Positions 8,799 to 19,340 of a DNA stretch of 56,189 bases are shown here, one piece after another. The position numbers and the translations under genes are program-made. Below the pieces are notes generated by a model. That model was not told the origin of the DNA. It ran no database searches and was given only the letters and a program-made list of their open reading frames with translations. Every line of letters begins with the position of its first letter. Position 1 is the stretch's first letter. Where the stretch lies: positions 1 through 56,189 of the forward strand of contig MHHG01000032.1 of the NCBI GenBank assembly GCA_001805965.1. Reading direction: 5' to 3'. The DNA is from Omnitrophica WOR_2 bacterium RIFOXYA2_FULL_38_17 (GTDB lineage Bacteria > Omnitrophota > Gorgyraeia > Zapsychrales > Zapsychraceae).

Positions 8799-9212
8799 CT
8801 ATTTTTTTCTGAATTTTATCAAATTATTGATCTGCTGGACTAATTCATCGGCAGGATGATCTCCAAATCTTACGCTCAATCTTTTAGTAACGCCTTTATC
8901 GACAATATCCTTAAGTTCATTTGTAATTCTCTCAAAAGACCCTACCAGCTCACTTGCAACCATAAAAGCCCATATTGTCACTATCACAAAGAAAAACCAC
9001 ATTACCATCAATATGAGAATTGTTACATGGTTAATAAAGTCATACGATTGTGCAGAAGGAAATACCGCATTAAACAATTGAGGCCTATAATGAATAATTA
9101 TAGCAGTCCCAATTATATTCATAATAAGTAAAGATATAAATGGTACCGCAATAATTCGCCTTTGATATTTATTTGTTCTTAAAGGATTTTGCCTCACTGA
9201 ACTTTGCGCCAT
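8799..9212 (-). CDS. Small two-TM membrane protein with HAMP-like C-terminus
   Basis: Two TM helices followed by FERITNEL...LSVRFGD...LVQQINNLI; RBS AAGGAGGAG. Confidence 0.7.
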   Translation of the reverse strand: MAQSSVRQNPLRTNKYQRRIIAVPFISLLIMNIIGTAIIIHYRPQLFNAVFPSAQSYDFINHVTILILMVMWFFFVIVTIWAFMVASELVGSFERITNELKDIVDKGVTKRLSVRFGDHPADELVQQINNLIKFRKK

Positions 9213-9428
9213 ATCTCCTCCTTGGAATAAGATTCTTTTGGATAGATTTATTTTATTATACGATTTTAATAGGTTTCATAAAAGACAATTATCACTATTT
9301 TAAGGAACTAAAACAATACAAGCTGTGTCTATAAATCATTTTTTTTATAAAGCATCAATTGTTGAATAAGATTTTTAGTGATATAATTAAAAATAATTTG
9401 GCAACAGATTTTACAAGAAGGAAATATC

Positions 9429-9839
9429 ATGAAGAATAATACAGGCTTTACTTTAGTTGAAATAATGATCTGCGTCGCTATCATTGGAATACTAGCCGCT
9501 ATATTTGTACCAAACATACAAAGAGCTAAGATGACAGCTAATGAAGCGGCAGCACAGAAGAACTTAAAAACTTTCGGCCTTGCTCTTGAGCAGTATTCAA
9601 TGATCAACTATGATTATCCTAATGACCTCAATTTACTGGTAACAGCAAGCCCTCCCTACCTTTCAGAGAATATATTCGACGGCAATCCAAGAGAAGGCTA
9701 CATATACTCAATCGCCGGTGGCGCCCCTTCAGGTGGGACATATTTTCTAACAGCAAGCCCTGCATCATGCGGTGCTTCCGGACGAAAAGTTTACTATATG
9801 AACACAGGCGCACAACCTTCTGAAGCAGATTGTTCATAG
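9429..9839 (+). CDS. Type IV pilin / pseudopilin
   Basis: Class III signal G|FTLVEIMICVAIIGILAAIFVP, ANEAAA motif, C-terminal Cys pair. Confidence 0.92.
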   Translation: MKNNTGFTLVEIMICVAIIGILAAIFVPNIQRAKMTANEAAAQKNLKTFGLALEQYSMINYDYPNDLNLLVTASPPYLSENIFDGNPREGYIYSIAGGAPSGGTYFLTASPASCGASGRKVYYMNTGAQPSEADCS

Positions 9840-9953
9840 AAATCCATATTGATTAAAGAACATTTGATTTTGATCGGTAAGTTATAGGCAGGCAGTTGAC
9901 GATTAATTCATTTGACTGTCAATTATGATCTTTTTGAAGAAAGGCATTATTAA

Positions 9954-10484
9954 CTACAATATCCCCTTTTTAGTTAGCGATGTCATAAGCCTTGAAATTG
10001 ATTTTATTTCAGCATCTACCAGATCTAGGTCATGATCTAAAATAATATGAAGGTGGTCCTTCATAGTGCTAACTTTGTCTTTAACATGCAGCAACTCGTT
10101 TCTTATTCTCCTTAAAAAAATAACTCTTCCCCTTAACTGCCTTCTTGCAATATCCTTCTCAACATAATGTAAAAAATAAAGGGAGAGATCTATATTGAAA
10201 TATGGCCGCTCAATAGACAAAAAGCTTTCAGTTATCAAATGATCAAATATCTTGTCTCCTTTTGGAGTTAAAGAATAGACATACTTTTCAGGAAACTTCC
10301 CTTCTCTGCCAATATCTTTCTTAATAAGGCCCAACTTCTCCATTTTTTTCAATGGATAATAAATGGATTTTATCTTAAGGCCAACAAATGGGAACATATC
10401 CTCCTCTATTTGACGTTTTATTTCATATCCATGCTTTGGCCCGTCTTTCAACAGCCCTAAAAATAACAATTCATGTTCTATCAT
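9954..10484 (-). CDS. PadR-family transcriptional regulator
   Basis: LGLLKDGPKHGYEI...SIYYPLKKME...KYVYSLTPKG. Confidence 0.9.
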   Translation of the reverse strand: MIEHELLFLGLLKDGPKHGYEIKRQIEEDMFPFVGLKIKSIYYPLKKMEKLGLIKKDIGREGKFPEKYVYSLTPKGDKIFDHLITESFLSIERPYFNIDLSLYFLHYVEKDIARRQLRGRVIFLRRIRNELLHVKDKVSTMKDHLHIILDHDLDLVDAEIKSISRLMTSLTKKGIL

Positions 10485-10540
10485 AATATCCCTATATCTT
10501 CATGTGCGCTAAATTTTTAACTTATCGGTACTTCATAAAA

Positions 10541-11560
10541 TCATATCTGGATTTCTTCATACTTTTCAGTATACTCAATGACCTGTCGCATCATACTGAC
10601 CGCACCTTCAGGATATTTCCCAACAGCAGTTTCCCCTGAAAGCATAACATAGTCAGTCTGATCCAGAACAGCATTAGCAACATCTGACACTTCTGCCCTG
10701 GTTGGCCTATTATGTTCAGTCATGCTTTCCAGCATTTGTGTTGCTGTAATAGCAATCTTCTTTTTTCTAATTGTCCTTAAAATTAAATACTTCTGCACTA
10801 TTGGAATTTTGTATACTGGCAAAGTCACCCCGAGATCTCCTCTTGCAACAATGATCCCATCACAAGCATCAAGGATTTCATCTACGTTTAAAACTCCTTC
10901 TTCATTTTCAATTTTAGCAATAATCTTACAATCTGGAAGTTTTGGCCTTACGAGTTTGCATATATTCAGAATATCGTTTTTATTCCGAACAAAAGATTGT
11001 GCAATAAAATCCACTTTGTTCTTAATGCCAAACTTAATATCATGCTTGTCCTTATCCGTCAGAATATCAGACCTGAGTTTTAAATCAGGGATATTTATAC
11101 CTTTTCGCTCTTTTAGGATTCCCCCTTGCACAACTTCTAGTTTTAGCTTGCCATCTTTTCGCCCCACAACTTTTAAATGAATAGTTCCATCATCAATAAA
11201 AACATCATAACCTTTTTTGATTTTATTAATATTCTCATCACAATCAAAAGGAATATGGCTTATTTCATCAACTTCATCCTTAGACATAAAAAATATCATG
11301 CCTTTCTGAAGGTTTTTAGGCTCGCTAAATTTTCCAGCCCTTATTCGATATCCTTCAAGGTCCTGAAGTATTTTCACATTTGTTTTATACTTGTGATTAA
11401 CCTTTCTTATAAGATTCAATGTTTTTTGATGCTCAGAATGAGTTCCATGAGAAAAATTAAGTCTAGATGCATTCATTCCTTTTGAAGCCATATTATACAA
11501 CACTTTTTCACTTGAGCTAGCTGGTCCTAACGTTGCCAATATTCTTGTATCTCTTTTCAT
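10541..11560 (-). CDS. pyk: Pyruvate kinase (short form lacking the C-terminal regulatory domain)
   Basis: TLGPAS, RLNFSHG, IIAKIE, VARGDLG, TATQMLESM, PTRAEVSDVANA, MLSGETA; only 339 aa. Confidence 0.95.
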   Translation of the reverse strand: MKRDTRILATLGPASSSEKVLYNMASKGMNASRLNFSHGTHSEHQKTLNLIRKVNHKYKTNVKILQDLEGYRIRAGKFSEPKNLQKGMIFFMSKDEVDEISHIPFDCDENINKIKKGYDVFIDDGTIHLKVVGRKDGKLKLEVVQGGILKERKGINIPDLKLRSDILTDKDKHDIKFGIKNKVDFIAQSFVRNKNDILNICKLVRPKLPDCKIIAKIENEEGVLNVDEILDACDGIIVARGDLGVTLPVYKIPIVQKYLILRTIRKKKIAITATQMLESMTEHNRPTRAEVSDVANAVLDQTDYVMLSGETAVGKYPEGAVSMMRQVIEYTEKYEEIQI

Positions 11561-11574
11561 ATATTAACCTCTTC

Positions 11575-12021
11575 TTATTCGATTTCAGGAAACCTAAGGT
11601 CTAACTCTTTAAAAACAGCTTTTGCAACTTTACGTTTAGCGCTGCTACTTCGTGAAGATATTTCAATCTCTACTGATTTAAGGCTTCGTCTTGCGAAAAA
11701 TATTCCAACTTCTGTCGTATCAACATTGCCAGGGATACCCATAACCACAATATGATCCTTATCTATTTTTTTAGAAAACACCTCAAAATATTTCTTTTCG
11801 CTAAGAGGCTCAGGTTCTTCATTTTTAGCTAAGCTTAAAACCGCATAAAAACACTCTTGGTAACTGCAAGCGTATGATTTTTTTATTGCTTCTGCCCGAC
11901 CTTCTTCAAGCGCCTTTGTAGAATTACCCAGGACAACTTTAGCAGTTTCGGTCACATTTGCACATCCAGAAACTACAACCAGCAATATGATAAATAATAG
12001 TCTTTGCATAATATCTTTCAT
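11575..12021 (-). CDS. Putative lipoprotein
   Basis: Lipobox VVSGC after a hydrophobic stretch. Confidence 0.7.
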   Translation of the reverse strand: MKDIMQRLLFIILLVVVSGCANVTETAKVVLGNSTKALEEGRAEAIKKSYACSYQECFYAVLSLAKNEEPEPLSEKKYFEVFSKKIDKDHIVVMGIPGNVDTTEVGIFFARRSLKSVEIEISSRSSSAKRKVAKAVFKELDLRFPEIE

Positions 12022-12064
12022 GATTTAGTTTTTAGTTATGGTATTTTATATATTAACTTGAACA

Positions 12065-12529
12065 CTACGCATATAAGAAAGCTGCATTGAGAATATCATG
12101 CCTTCCAACAATTCCAACAAGCACACCATCTTTAACAACAGGAAAAGTATGCATATTCTTTTTAGCAGCAATACTAACAACCTCGCTCACAGGCACATTA
12201 GGAGAAATTGAAAACACACTGTTGGACATTATCTCGGAAACAGCTCTTTCTTTGTACTCTATGATCTTATCGTGAAACTGGATTTTCTTTCCTTCCGACT
12301 TTCCTTTTTCAACTTCTTCACTGATCTTATCCAGAAGAATAAAAAGATCTGTCAGCGTAACAATACCTGCGATAGAGCCATCATCGTTAACAACAGGATA
12401 ACCACTAACCCTTTCTCTCAGCATAAGATGTGCTACCTGACTAATTAACATGCTTTTATTAACAACTTCGACGCATTCAGTCATTATATCTGCAACTAAC
12501 ACTTCAGAAAACTCCCTTTCTTCTGACAT
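12065..12529 (-). CDS. CBS-domain pair protein
   Basis: VADIMT...SGYPVV...GIVTLTDL and VSEIMS...FPVV...GIVGRHDI. Confidence 0.92.
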   Translation of the reverse strand: MSEEREFSEVLVADIMTECVEVVNKSMLISQVAHLMLRERVSGYPVVNDDGSIAGIVTLTDLFILLDKISEEVEKGKSEGKKIQFHDKIIEYKERAVSEIMSNSVFSISPNVPVSEVVSIAAKKNMHTFPVVKDGVLVGIVGRHDILNAAFLYA

Positions 12530-12575
12530 GGCAACATCCTTTCAATAAACAGACTAAATAAAATTTCGAAAGCCC

Positions 12576-13742
12576 TTAATTAAAAACGCCTTCAACCTCA
12601 GAAGTTTTCTCGGCATTGTCAATCCTTCTTTTAAAATCTTCACACATCTTCTCAAAGCCAACAGCTTTAGCCCTATTCTTCGTTAATTCATATTGTAAAA
12701 CTTTTTCCTTAGTAAGCAGGTAAGAGTTGTATTCTTTTAGTTTATTAAAATTAAGCTCTAATTCAAGAATATTTCTAAACAATTCTTCTTTCCCTTTATC
12801 TAGTTTCTCCATTTTAAAATTAGCTTCTTTGCTTTTCTGGGAATATTCATCTTTAACCGCTTTTAAATTCATCTCTAAGGAATTTAAAGCTTCTCTTAAC
12901 TGTGTGTTCTCACCCTTGACTATTACCAGATTATTCAATTCGTCCATTAACTGCTTTCGCTTTGCTTCAAATTCCTTTTTTTCATTCTCTAACTGATCTA
13001 TCCTGCTTTTTACAGAAGCCTTATATTCATCTAAAGACATATTATAATGTGATATCTGACCCTCCAAAGAACTTATCTTTTCAGCATAATCGGCAATCAT
13101 GAGATTCGCTTCGTCATTCTTCTTTTGCAACTCATCAGCTTTGATACTTAAATCATTATATTTCTCGACACTTAATTCCAGTTCATTTATTTTTTCTTTT
13201 TGTTTATCTATTAAGGAACTTGCTGCAATGCTATCTTTCGTAAGGCTATCAATTGATTCTTGAGCTCTTTCAGCCTTCTTTTTGCTCTCTTGAAGCATTT
13301 CTTTTTCTTCATTTGAAAGCGTAGTTGTATCCTTGCTTGAGAGCTCTCTTTCTATTGCATCTTCAAGCTTTTTATTCTTATTGCTAAGGTCATCGATCTT
13401 CATATTCAAACCAATAATAGTTGATTTATAGATCTCAATATCCTCAACATATTTCTCAATTATTGCAATACTTGGATCAGAATGTTTCCCTATGCTCAAA
13501 TCCTCTTTTTCATGACTATCATCCATCAAACTTTCAGTTATTTTAACGTCATCTCTCTTTAAACTTGATGTATCTTGTTCACCTTGCAGGTAGTTCTTTT
13601 TAATCTCGATTAATTCATCAATATCTGAAATTGCCACAATTTGCGGGTCATTTTTAGATCCAGATCTGAAGCCTTTAATAACAAAATATGAGCCTGCAGA
13701 AAACAGAAGAACAGTTAAAGCTATAATTGAATAAACTAGCAT
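12576..13742 (-). CDS. Membrane-anchored long coiled-coil protein
   Basis: N-terminal TM then E/K-rich heptads; start MLVYS at 13742 after a GGAGG RBS. Confidence 0.7.
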   Translation of the reverse strand: MLVYSIIALTVLLFSAGSYFVIKGFRSGSKNDPQIVAISDIDELIEIKKNYLQGEQDTSSLKRDDVKITESLMDDSHEKEDLSIGKHSDPSIAIIEKYVEDIEIYKSTIIGLNMKIDDLSNKNKKLEDAIERELSSKDTTTLSNEEKEMLQESKKKAERAQESIDSLTKDSIAASSLIDKQKEKINELELSVEKYNDLSIKADELQKKNDEANLMIADYAEKISSLEGQISHYNMSLDEYKASVKSRIDQLENEKKEFEAKRKQLMDELNNLVIVKGENTQLREALNSLEMNLKAVKDEYSQKSKEANFKMEKLDKGKEELFRNILELELNFNKLKEYNSYLLTKEKVLQYELTKNRAKAVGFEKMCEDFKRRIDNAEKTSEVEGVFN

Positions 13743-13773
13743 ACTTGTCCCCTCCCAAAATGAAGTTAACACA

Positions 13774-14763
13774 TCATAAATATAAATCGTTTTTTAAATA
13801 TTCAACATAATCCTTAATTGCATCTTCTAAACTCATAAACATATCCGAATAGCCTACGCTTCTCAAATGGCCCATATCCGCTTGTGTAAAATACTGATAT
13901 CTTTCCCTCAGGCTTTCTGGCATTTCCACATAATTAATGTTAGCACTCTTTCCTGCCGCAACAAACAATGCTTTAGCTAAATCATTCCAAGCCCTAGCTT
14001 CACCAGTTCCAACATTAAAAATACCTCCAATATCCATGTTTTGGAGAAAAAACATAACAACTCTTACGGCATCTTTCACATAAATAAAATCTCTTTTCTG
14101 CTCCCCATCTTTATACTTATCATTGTACGATTTAAAAAGGTCTATCTTTCCCTCTTCAGCAACTTTCTTGTATGCTTTTGAGACGACACTTCTCATATCG
14201 CCTTTATGATATTCATTTGGGCCAAACACATTAAAAAACTTTAAACCAACAACATCATCAAGAACACTGTTGTCTAAAACCCATTCATCAAATTTTTGCT
14301 TTGATCGCCCATAAAGATTCAACGGTTTGCATTTTCTTATAGTTTCAACATCATCCTTATAGCCTAACGCTCCATCACCATATGTTGCGGCAGAGCTTGC
14401 ATAAATAAAACGTATTTTATTTTTAAGCGCCCACTTAGCCAGTTTAGCTGTATATTCAAAATTATTCTCCCTGTAATACTTTTCATCCAGTCCAGTTGTA
14501 GAACTGCACGCTCCCATATGAATCACAGCTTCGATATCATATCCTATTTTGTTAGCTACAACAAGATCAATAAATTCGTTCTTATCAAAATACTTAACAA
14601 ACTTTTTATCAGCAATATTCTTGCTTTTTACATCAGAACTATCGATAGGCATCAGCCCGTCGTGAAGATGATCAACAATTACAATATCATCTCGGCCGAT
14701 CTCATTTAGTTTTGAAACAATACAGCTTCCAATAAAACCACCTGCACCCGTCACGATAATCAT
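13774..14763 (-). CDS. hldD: ADP-L-glycero-D-manno-heptose 6-epimerase
   Basis: MIIVTGAGGFIGS, HMGACSST, YASSAATYG, PLNLYGRSK, FFNVFGPNEYHKG, RDFIYVKD, YQYFTQAD. Confidence 0.95.
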   Translation of the reverse strand: MIIVTGAGGFIGSCIVSKLNEIGRDDIVIVDHLHDGLMPIDSSDVKSKNIADKKFVKYFDKNEFIDLVVANKIGYDIEAVIHMGACSSTTGLDEKYYRENNFEYTAKLAKWALKNKIRFIYASSAATYGDGALGYKDDVETIRKCKPLNLYGRSKQKFDEWVLDNSVLDDVVGLKFFNVFGPNEYHKGDMRSVVSKAYKKVAEEGKIDLFKSYNDKYKDGEQKRDFIYVKDAVRVVMFFLQNMDIGGIFNVGTGEARAWNDLAKALFVAAGKSANINYVEMPESLRERYQYFTQADMGHLRSVGYSDMFMSLEDAIKDYVEYLKNDLYL

Positions 14764-14793
14764 TTAATTTTCTTTCCACTAAAAACGGCCTGA

Positions 14794-15348
14794 TTATTTG
14801 TCATCCGATAAAATAAATTGACCAATATTCCGACCTATTGTTAATCCTAAGGAATTATGATCATCTTCCTTTTTTGAAGTTGTTCTGCTGTCTTGAAAAA
14901 CGCATACTGTATTCTGACTCTTTAAATCAATCATTTTCCCTTCAATACGCAAGCTTATCTTTTTTTTAAAAGGACCCCATTTCTTCCATTTTGGAACCGT
15001 TCCAAATTCGGTAATAAACCCTTTAATTATAATATCAGCTTCATCAGCATTATGAGCTAAAAGAATTTTAAAATTAGAGTCCCCATCAATTAAGGATTCT
15101 GAAATCCCTTTGACTATCCTTAGAGCAGCTTTATCAATTTGATCATTAAGCTCAACATTTTCTCCAGCCTTAAAAGGGATTATCAGTAAATTGCCGCCTT
15201 TTTTTATTCGCTCAGCGTCAACAATGATCCCAGTCTTAACAAATTTTGTCGATTCATGTAAGCTGTTCTTCTTTGTCCCCAAGATAGTACAACCAGAAGC
15301 AGTAACAGCGAAGATAAGCAAAAATATTTTGCAAAATTTTTTCCTCAT
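14794..15348 (-). CDS. Putative lipoprotein
   Basis: Lipobox TASGC; alpha/beta domain of CsgG/DUF4410 appearance. Confidence 0.65.
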   Translation of the reverse strand: MRKKFCKIFLLIFAVTASGCTILGTKKNSLHESTKFVKTGIIVDAERIKKGGNLLIIPFKAGENVELNDQIDKAALRIVKGISESLIDGDSNFKILLAHNADEADIIIKGFITEFGTVPKWKKWGPFKKKISLRIEGKMIDLKSQNTVCVFQDSRTTSKKEDDHNSLGLTIGRNIGQFILSDDK

Positions 15349-15354
15349 GAAAAA

Positions 15355-16860
15355 CTATTTCCTGCCGGTTCTTTTTGTTATTTCAGCTAATTTTTTTGTG
15401 ATAGATGTGTTCATTCTCTCATATGAGAATCTCCACTTCCAATTGCCACTTGCTGTTCCAGGAATATTCATCCTTGCTGTTGCATCTAACCCAAGAACAT
15501 CTTGAAGCGGGGTAATTGCAATTTTCGCTTTTGATCCTAAAGCTAATTCAATCAACTCCCAATTGGCTTCATTAAGATTAACTTCCTTGTTAACATAATT
15601 TCTTAAATTATTGATCTCATGCTCTGAGGCTTCGCCTTCAATCCATCCTACAACAGTATTATTGTCATGAGTCCCTGTGTATACAATACAATTTTCTTTG
15701 AAATTATGCGGCAAATAAGGATGTGTGTTCAAGTCGCCATTAAACGCAAAAAGCAGCACTTTCATGCCAGGCAATCCAAAATGCTCCATTACTTCCTCAA
15801 CATCAGGAGTTATAATGCCTAAGTCCTCTGCAATTATAGGTAACTTGCCAAAATGATCTATTAAAGCATTTAAAAATTCATGACATGGAACTTTTCTCCA
15901 TTCTCCCTTTATTGCTGTTTCTTCTTCAGAAGGTATTTCCCAATAAGCAACTAATCCTCTAAAATGATCAATTCTCACAATATCAAAGATCTCAAAATTT
16001 TGATTTAATCTTTCGATCCACCATGCAAAACCTTCTTTTTTCAGAACATCCCAATCATAAACAGGATTACCCCATCTTTGACCTGTCACACTAAAATAAT
16101 CTGGTGGAACTCCAGCAACAAAAACAGGGTTTCTGTTCTCATCCAGCTTGTATTTATTTGGGCTCATCCAAACATCGACGCTGTCAAAACTAACATAGAT
16201 AGGGATATCTCCAATCAGTTTAACTCCTTTTTTATGACAGTATTCTTTCAGGTCTTGCCACTGTTCCATGAACAGATATTGCAAAAACTTAACTTTCTCG
16301 ATTGCAGCTTTGTTATTCTTTACAAATCTTTCAAGCTCTTTTGGTTCCCTGTCCCTTAACTTCTTTGGCCAGCTTGTCCACAACCCTTCTGCATATTGCT
16401 CTTTTAAGACAAAAAACACTGCAAAATCATCAAGCCATGATGCATTTTTTTTGATATATTTTTCAAACTCAGCTTTATGTTCCTTGGCTTTTACAAAATT
16501 TTTGTATGCTATATTAAACATCCTTAGCTTGTACTCTTTAACCAAATCATAATCTACTTTATCTTTTGGAAAAACAGGTGTTGGTTTTAGGTCCTTTTCG
16601 TTTAGAAGTCCGTCCTTAACCATCAGCTCAGGACTTATCAAAAATGGATTCGTGGCAAATGCAGAAAAACTGCTATATGGAGAATTACCAAAAATCGGCT
16701 CAGTAGGATTTAAAGGTAAAATCTGCCAATAACTTTGTTTTGAGTCATAAAGAAAATCAACAAATTTGTAGGCATTTGGACCAAGGTCCCCAATACCATA
16801 GGCTGAAGGCAATGAAGTTACATGTAATAAAATTCCACTTCCTCTTTTTTCATTTTTCAT
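15355..16860 (-). CDS. malQ: 4-alpha-glucanotransferase (GH77)
   Basis: SGILLHVTSLP, GVPPDYFSVTGQRWGNP, RIDHFRG, IIAEDLG, YTGTHDN, RMNIPG. Confidence 0.97.
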   Translation of the reverse strand: MKNEKRGSGILLHVTSLPSAYGIGDLGPNAYKFVDFLYDSKQSYWQILPLNPTEPIFGNSPYSSFSAFATNPFLISPELMVKDGLLNEKDLKPTPVFPKDKVDYDLVKEYKLRMFNIAYKNFVKAKEHKAEFEKYIKKNASWLDDFAVFFVLKEQYAEGLWTSWPKKLRDREPKELERFVKNNKAAIEKVKFLQYLFMEQWQDLKEYCHKKGVKLIGDIPIYVSFDSVDVWMSPNKYKLDENRNPVFVAGVPPDYFSVTGQRWGNPVYDWDVLKKEGFAWWIERLNQNFEIFDIVRIDHFRGLVAYWEIPSEEETAIKGEWRKVPCHEFLNALIDHFGKLPIIAEDLGIITPDVEEVMEHFGLPGMKVLLFAFNGDLNTHPYLPHNFKENCIVYTGTHDNNTVVGWIEGEASEHEINNLRNYVNKEVNLNEANWELIELALGSKAKIAITPLQDVLGLDATARMNIPGTASGNWKWRFSYERMNTSITKKLAEITKRTGRK

Positions 16861-16877
16861 TTTTTATTCCTTCCTTT

Positions 16878-19334
16878 TTAAGTGCAAATGTTGACTTCAA
16901 GACGCTCACCTAGCTTGTTAAATGCATCAAGCCATCTTATTGCTGTCTTATCTTTTTCTTTTGCTTTTGTTTCCATCACAGCAAACAACTTTTTCCCCAA
17001 CCTAAAATACAAATCTTGTGCCTTCCAAAGATCTATTTCAAGGGATAGTTTACTTAGTATGCCTAAAGTCATTTCAATATTTTCAAGCAATACAACATCT
17101 CCAAAAGAATTGATCAACTTATCCATCATATCGCTGATCTTCTTCGACGTAACAAGCTCTAGATTCTCCCTATCACGCATAAAATTCCACCTATTGATCT
17201 CTTTTACCAACATTTCCAGTTTTTCAATATTGATCATTTCTTCTTCAAAGATCTCAAGAATATCCCTGTTAAGTATAAACTCAACTGTCATTGCAAGCGC
17301 TTTGGGCAAAGGCATCTTTGTTTTCTTCCTGATTTGCATCAATGGATAATACTGATCATATATCTGTCGAAAGTTCAATTCTATATAGTTCAGCGTGCCC
17401 TCAAATATGTGGGTCATAGCCTTGCCCTGCTCATTTTTAAACAGATCCCAAAGCGAATAACTGCTCTCTGAAAAATACCTGTTTATCAGATTAATAACTT
17501 CAGGAACATTGTTATGCATAAAAGAGTCTTTTATTTCTTCATGTATAATTGAAAAATAATGATCTTCCGTGTGTTTTCTGACCCCAACACTTAAGTTATA
17601 ATCACCAAAAGATAAAACGACAAAGTTGATACTTTCCTTTTCGAACGTAATTTGAGATTCAACAAGAGCCTTTCCAATGATCAACTTTTGCTTACCAACG
17701 CCATATTTTTCATAGATTTCACTACCGACTATATACGAATAAATTCTTTCTCTCTCTGAATGATCCTGAAATAGCGATGAAATCGCATAATGAGCTCCGA
17801 CATTTAAAAGATCAATAACAGATGGTTTGACAAATACATTATAAATCTTGCCACCATTCTTTTTTTTAGGAATATTACTTTTTGCTTTATCAAGAAGGCT
17901 TATATATTTTTCTTCCAGGTCAATTCCTGAAACTTCCTTCGCCAACTGTATTGTGCGAGCAGCATATTGCATTATCTGAACAGGCTCTATTCCTGAAATA
18001 TCATCAAAGAACCATCCACAGCTGGTATACATCAGCATTGCATGTCTTTGCATCTCTAAAAGTTTCAAGCTCTTTATCTGCTGATCTTCTGAAAGTTTAC
18101 TTTTAGAGTGCCTTTCAAAGAACTGCTCCAAGCTCTCTTTGTTTCTATCAAGGATAACTGAAATATAGTCATCTCTAGCATCCCATGGATCTTTAACAAA
18201 ACCGATAAATTCCTTAACATAGATCTGTTTGATCTCATCTCTTAGCCAATCCATAGCCTGTCGAAGATATACCCTCCACTTCTGATTCCATTTAGGGTCT
18301 GTGCCTACATTACACCCACAATCCGCCCTCCATCTTTCTACGCCGTGAGAACAGCTCCATGAAGTATTTTCAATGATTTCTACCTCATATTCAGGTGGAT
18401 TCTTTTCTAGATATTCCCCGTAAATCGTAATATTGGACATCTTGTTCTTTTCAATATGATCTATCAAGAATGACAAGGCCATGTTTCCAAATTTATGATG
18501 ATGCCCATAAGATTCACCGTCATTTGCAACGCTCACTAACTGAGTTTCTGAATCTTTAAGAGAAAAAGATCCCATAAGCCTTTGAGCAAATTTAGCACCA
18601 TCTTTTAATAGATCCCCAAAAGCAACTTCTTGTGAGATTGGACCGTCATAAAAAAATATCGTTATACTTTTTCCAGAAGACAAATTACATAAATAAGCAT
18701 TTTTAGGATCCACTTTCCCGACTGAAGCATCCTGCCAGGAATCTTCCCCTATCGCCCTCACTCTATGTGCCTGATATGGGCTTAATATGGTAAATTTGAT
18801 CCCGTATTCCGCTAAAAGCTCAAGAGACTCTATATCTACAGCCGTCTCCGAAAGCCACATTCCCTCAGGGCTTCGCTTGAAACGATGTTCAAAATCCTTT
18901 ATTCCCCAAAATATCTGAGTCCTTTTATCCTTTGAATTTGCTAAAGGCATAATAATATGATTATAAACCTGTGCTATTGCTGATCCATGTCCTGAGAAAT
19001 TCTCCTGGCTTATTTTATCAGCAGCAAGAATCGATCTATACACTTCCTCCTCATTCTTTTCCATCCAGGAAAGCAATGTTGGCCCAAAATTAAAGCTCAT
19101 TTTTGAATAATTATTAACTATAGCGGCAATTCTTCCGTGAAAATCTAATATTCTGGAAGATGTGTTTGGAAAGTAACATTCTGCGGCAATACGTTCATTC
19201 CAGTTCTGATAAGGATGTGCTGAATCCTGTATCTCAATCTCTTCTAACCATGGATTTTCTCTTGGAGGCTGATAAAAATGCCCGTGGATACAAATATTTC
19301 TATTCATTTTTCTTTGCTCTGATTTAAATTTCAC
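16878..19334 (-). CDS. Glycoside hydrolase family 57 with DUF3536 domain
   Basis: IHGHFYQPPRENPW, GMWLSETAVD, DGESYGHH, MYTSCGWFFDD. Confidence 0.9.
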   Translation of the reverse strand: MKFKSEQRKMNRNICIHGHFYQPPRENPWLEEIEIQDSAHPYQNWNERIAAECYFPNTSSRILDFHGRIAAIVNNYSKMSFNFGPTLLSWMEKNEEEVYRSILAADKISQENFSGHGSAIAQVYNHIIMPLANSKDKRTQIFWGIKDFEHRFKRSPEGMWLSETAVDIESLELLAEYGIKFTILSPYQAHRVRAIGEDSWQDASVGKVDPKNAYLCNLSSGKSITIFFYDGPISQEVAFGDLLKDGAKFAQRLMGSFSLKDSETQLVSVANDGESYGHHHKFGNMALSFLIDHIEKNKMSNITIYGEYLEKNPPEYEVEIIENTSWSCSHGVERWRADCGCNVGTDPKWNQKWRVYLRQAMDWLRDEIKQIYVKEFIGFVKDPWDARDDYISVILDRNKESLEQFFERHSKSKLSEDQQIKSLKLLEMQRHAMLMYTSCGWFFDDISGIEPVQIMQYAARTIQLAKEVSGIDLEEKYISLLDKAKSNIPKKKNGGKIYNVFVKPSVIDLLNVGAHYAISSLFQDHSERERIYSYIVGSEIYEKYGVGKQKLIIGKALVESQITFEKESINFVVLSFGDYNLSVGVRKHTEDHYFSIIHEEIKDSFMHNNVPEVINLINRYFSESSYSLWDLFKNEQGKAMTHIFEGTLNYIELNFRQIYDQYYPLMQIRKKTKMPLPKALAMTVEFILNRDILEIFEEEMINIEKLEMLVKEINRWNFMRDRENLELVTSKKISDMMDKLINSFGDVVLLENIEMTLGILSKLSLEIDLWKAQDLYFRLGKKLFAVMETKAKEKDKTAIRWLDAFNKLGERLEVNICT

Positions 19335-19340
19335 AACAAG

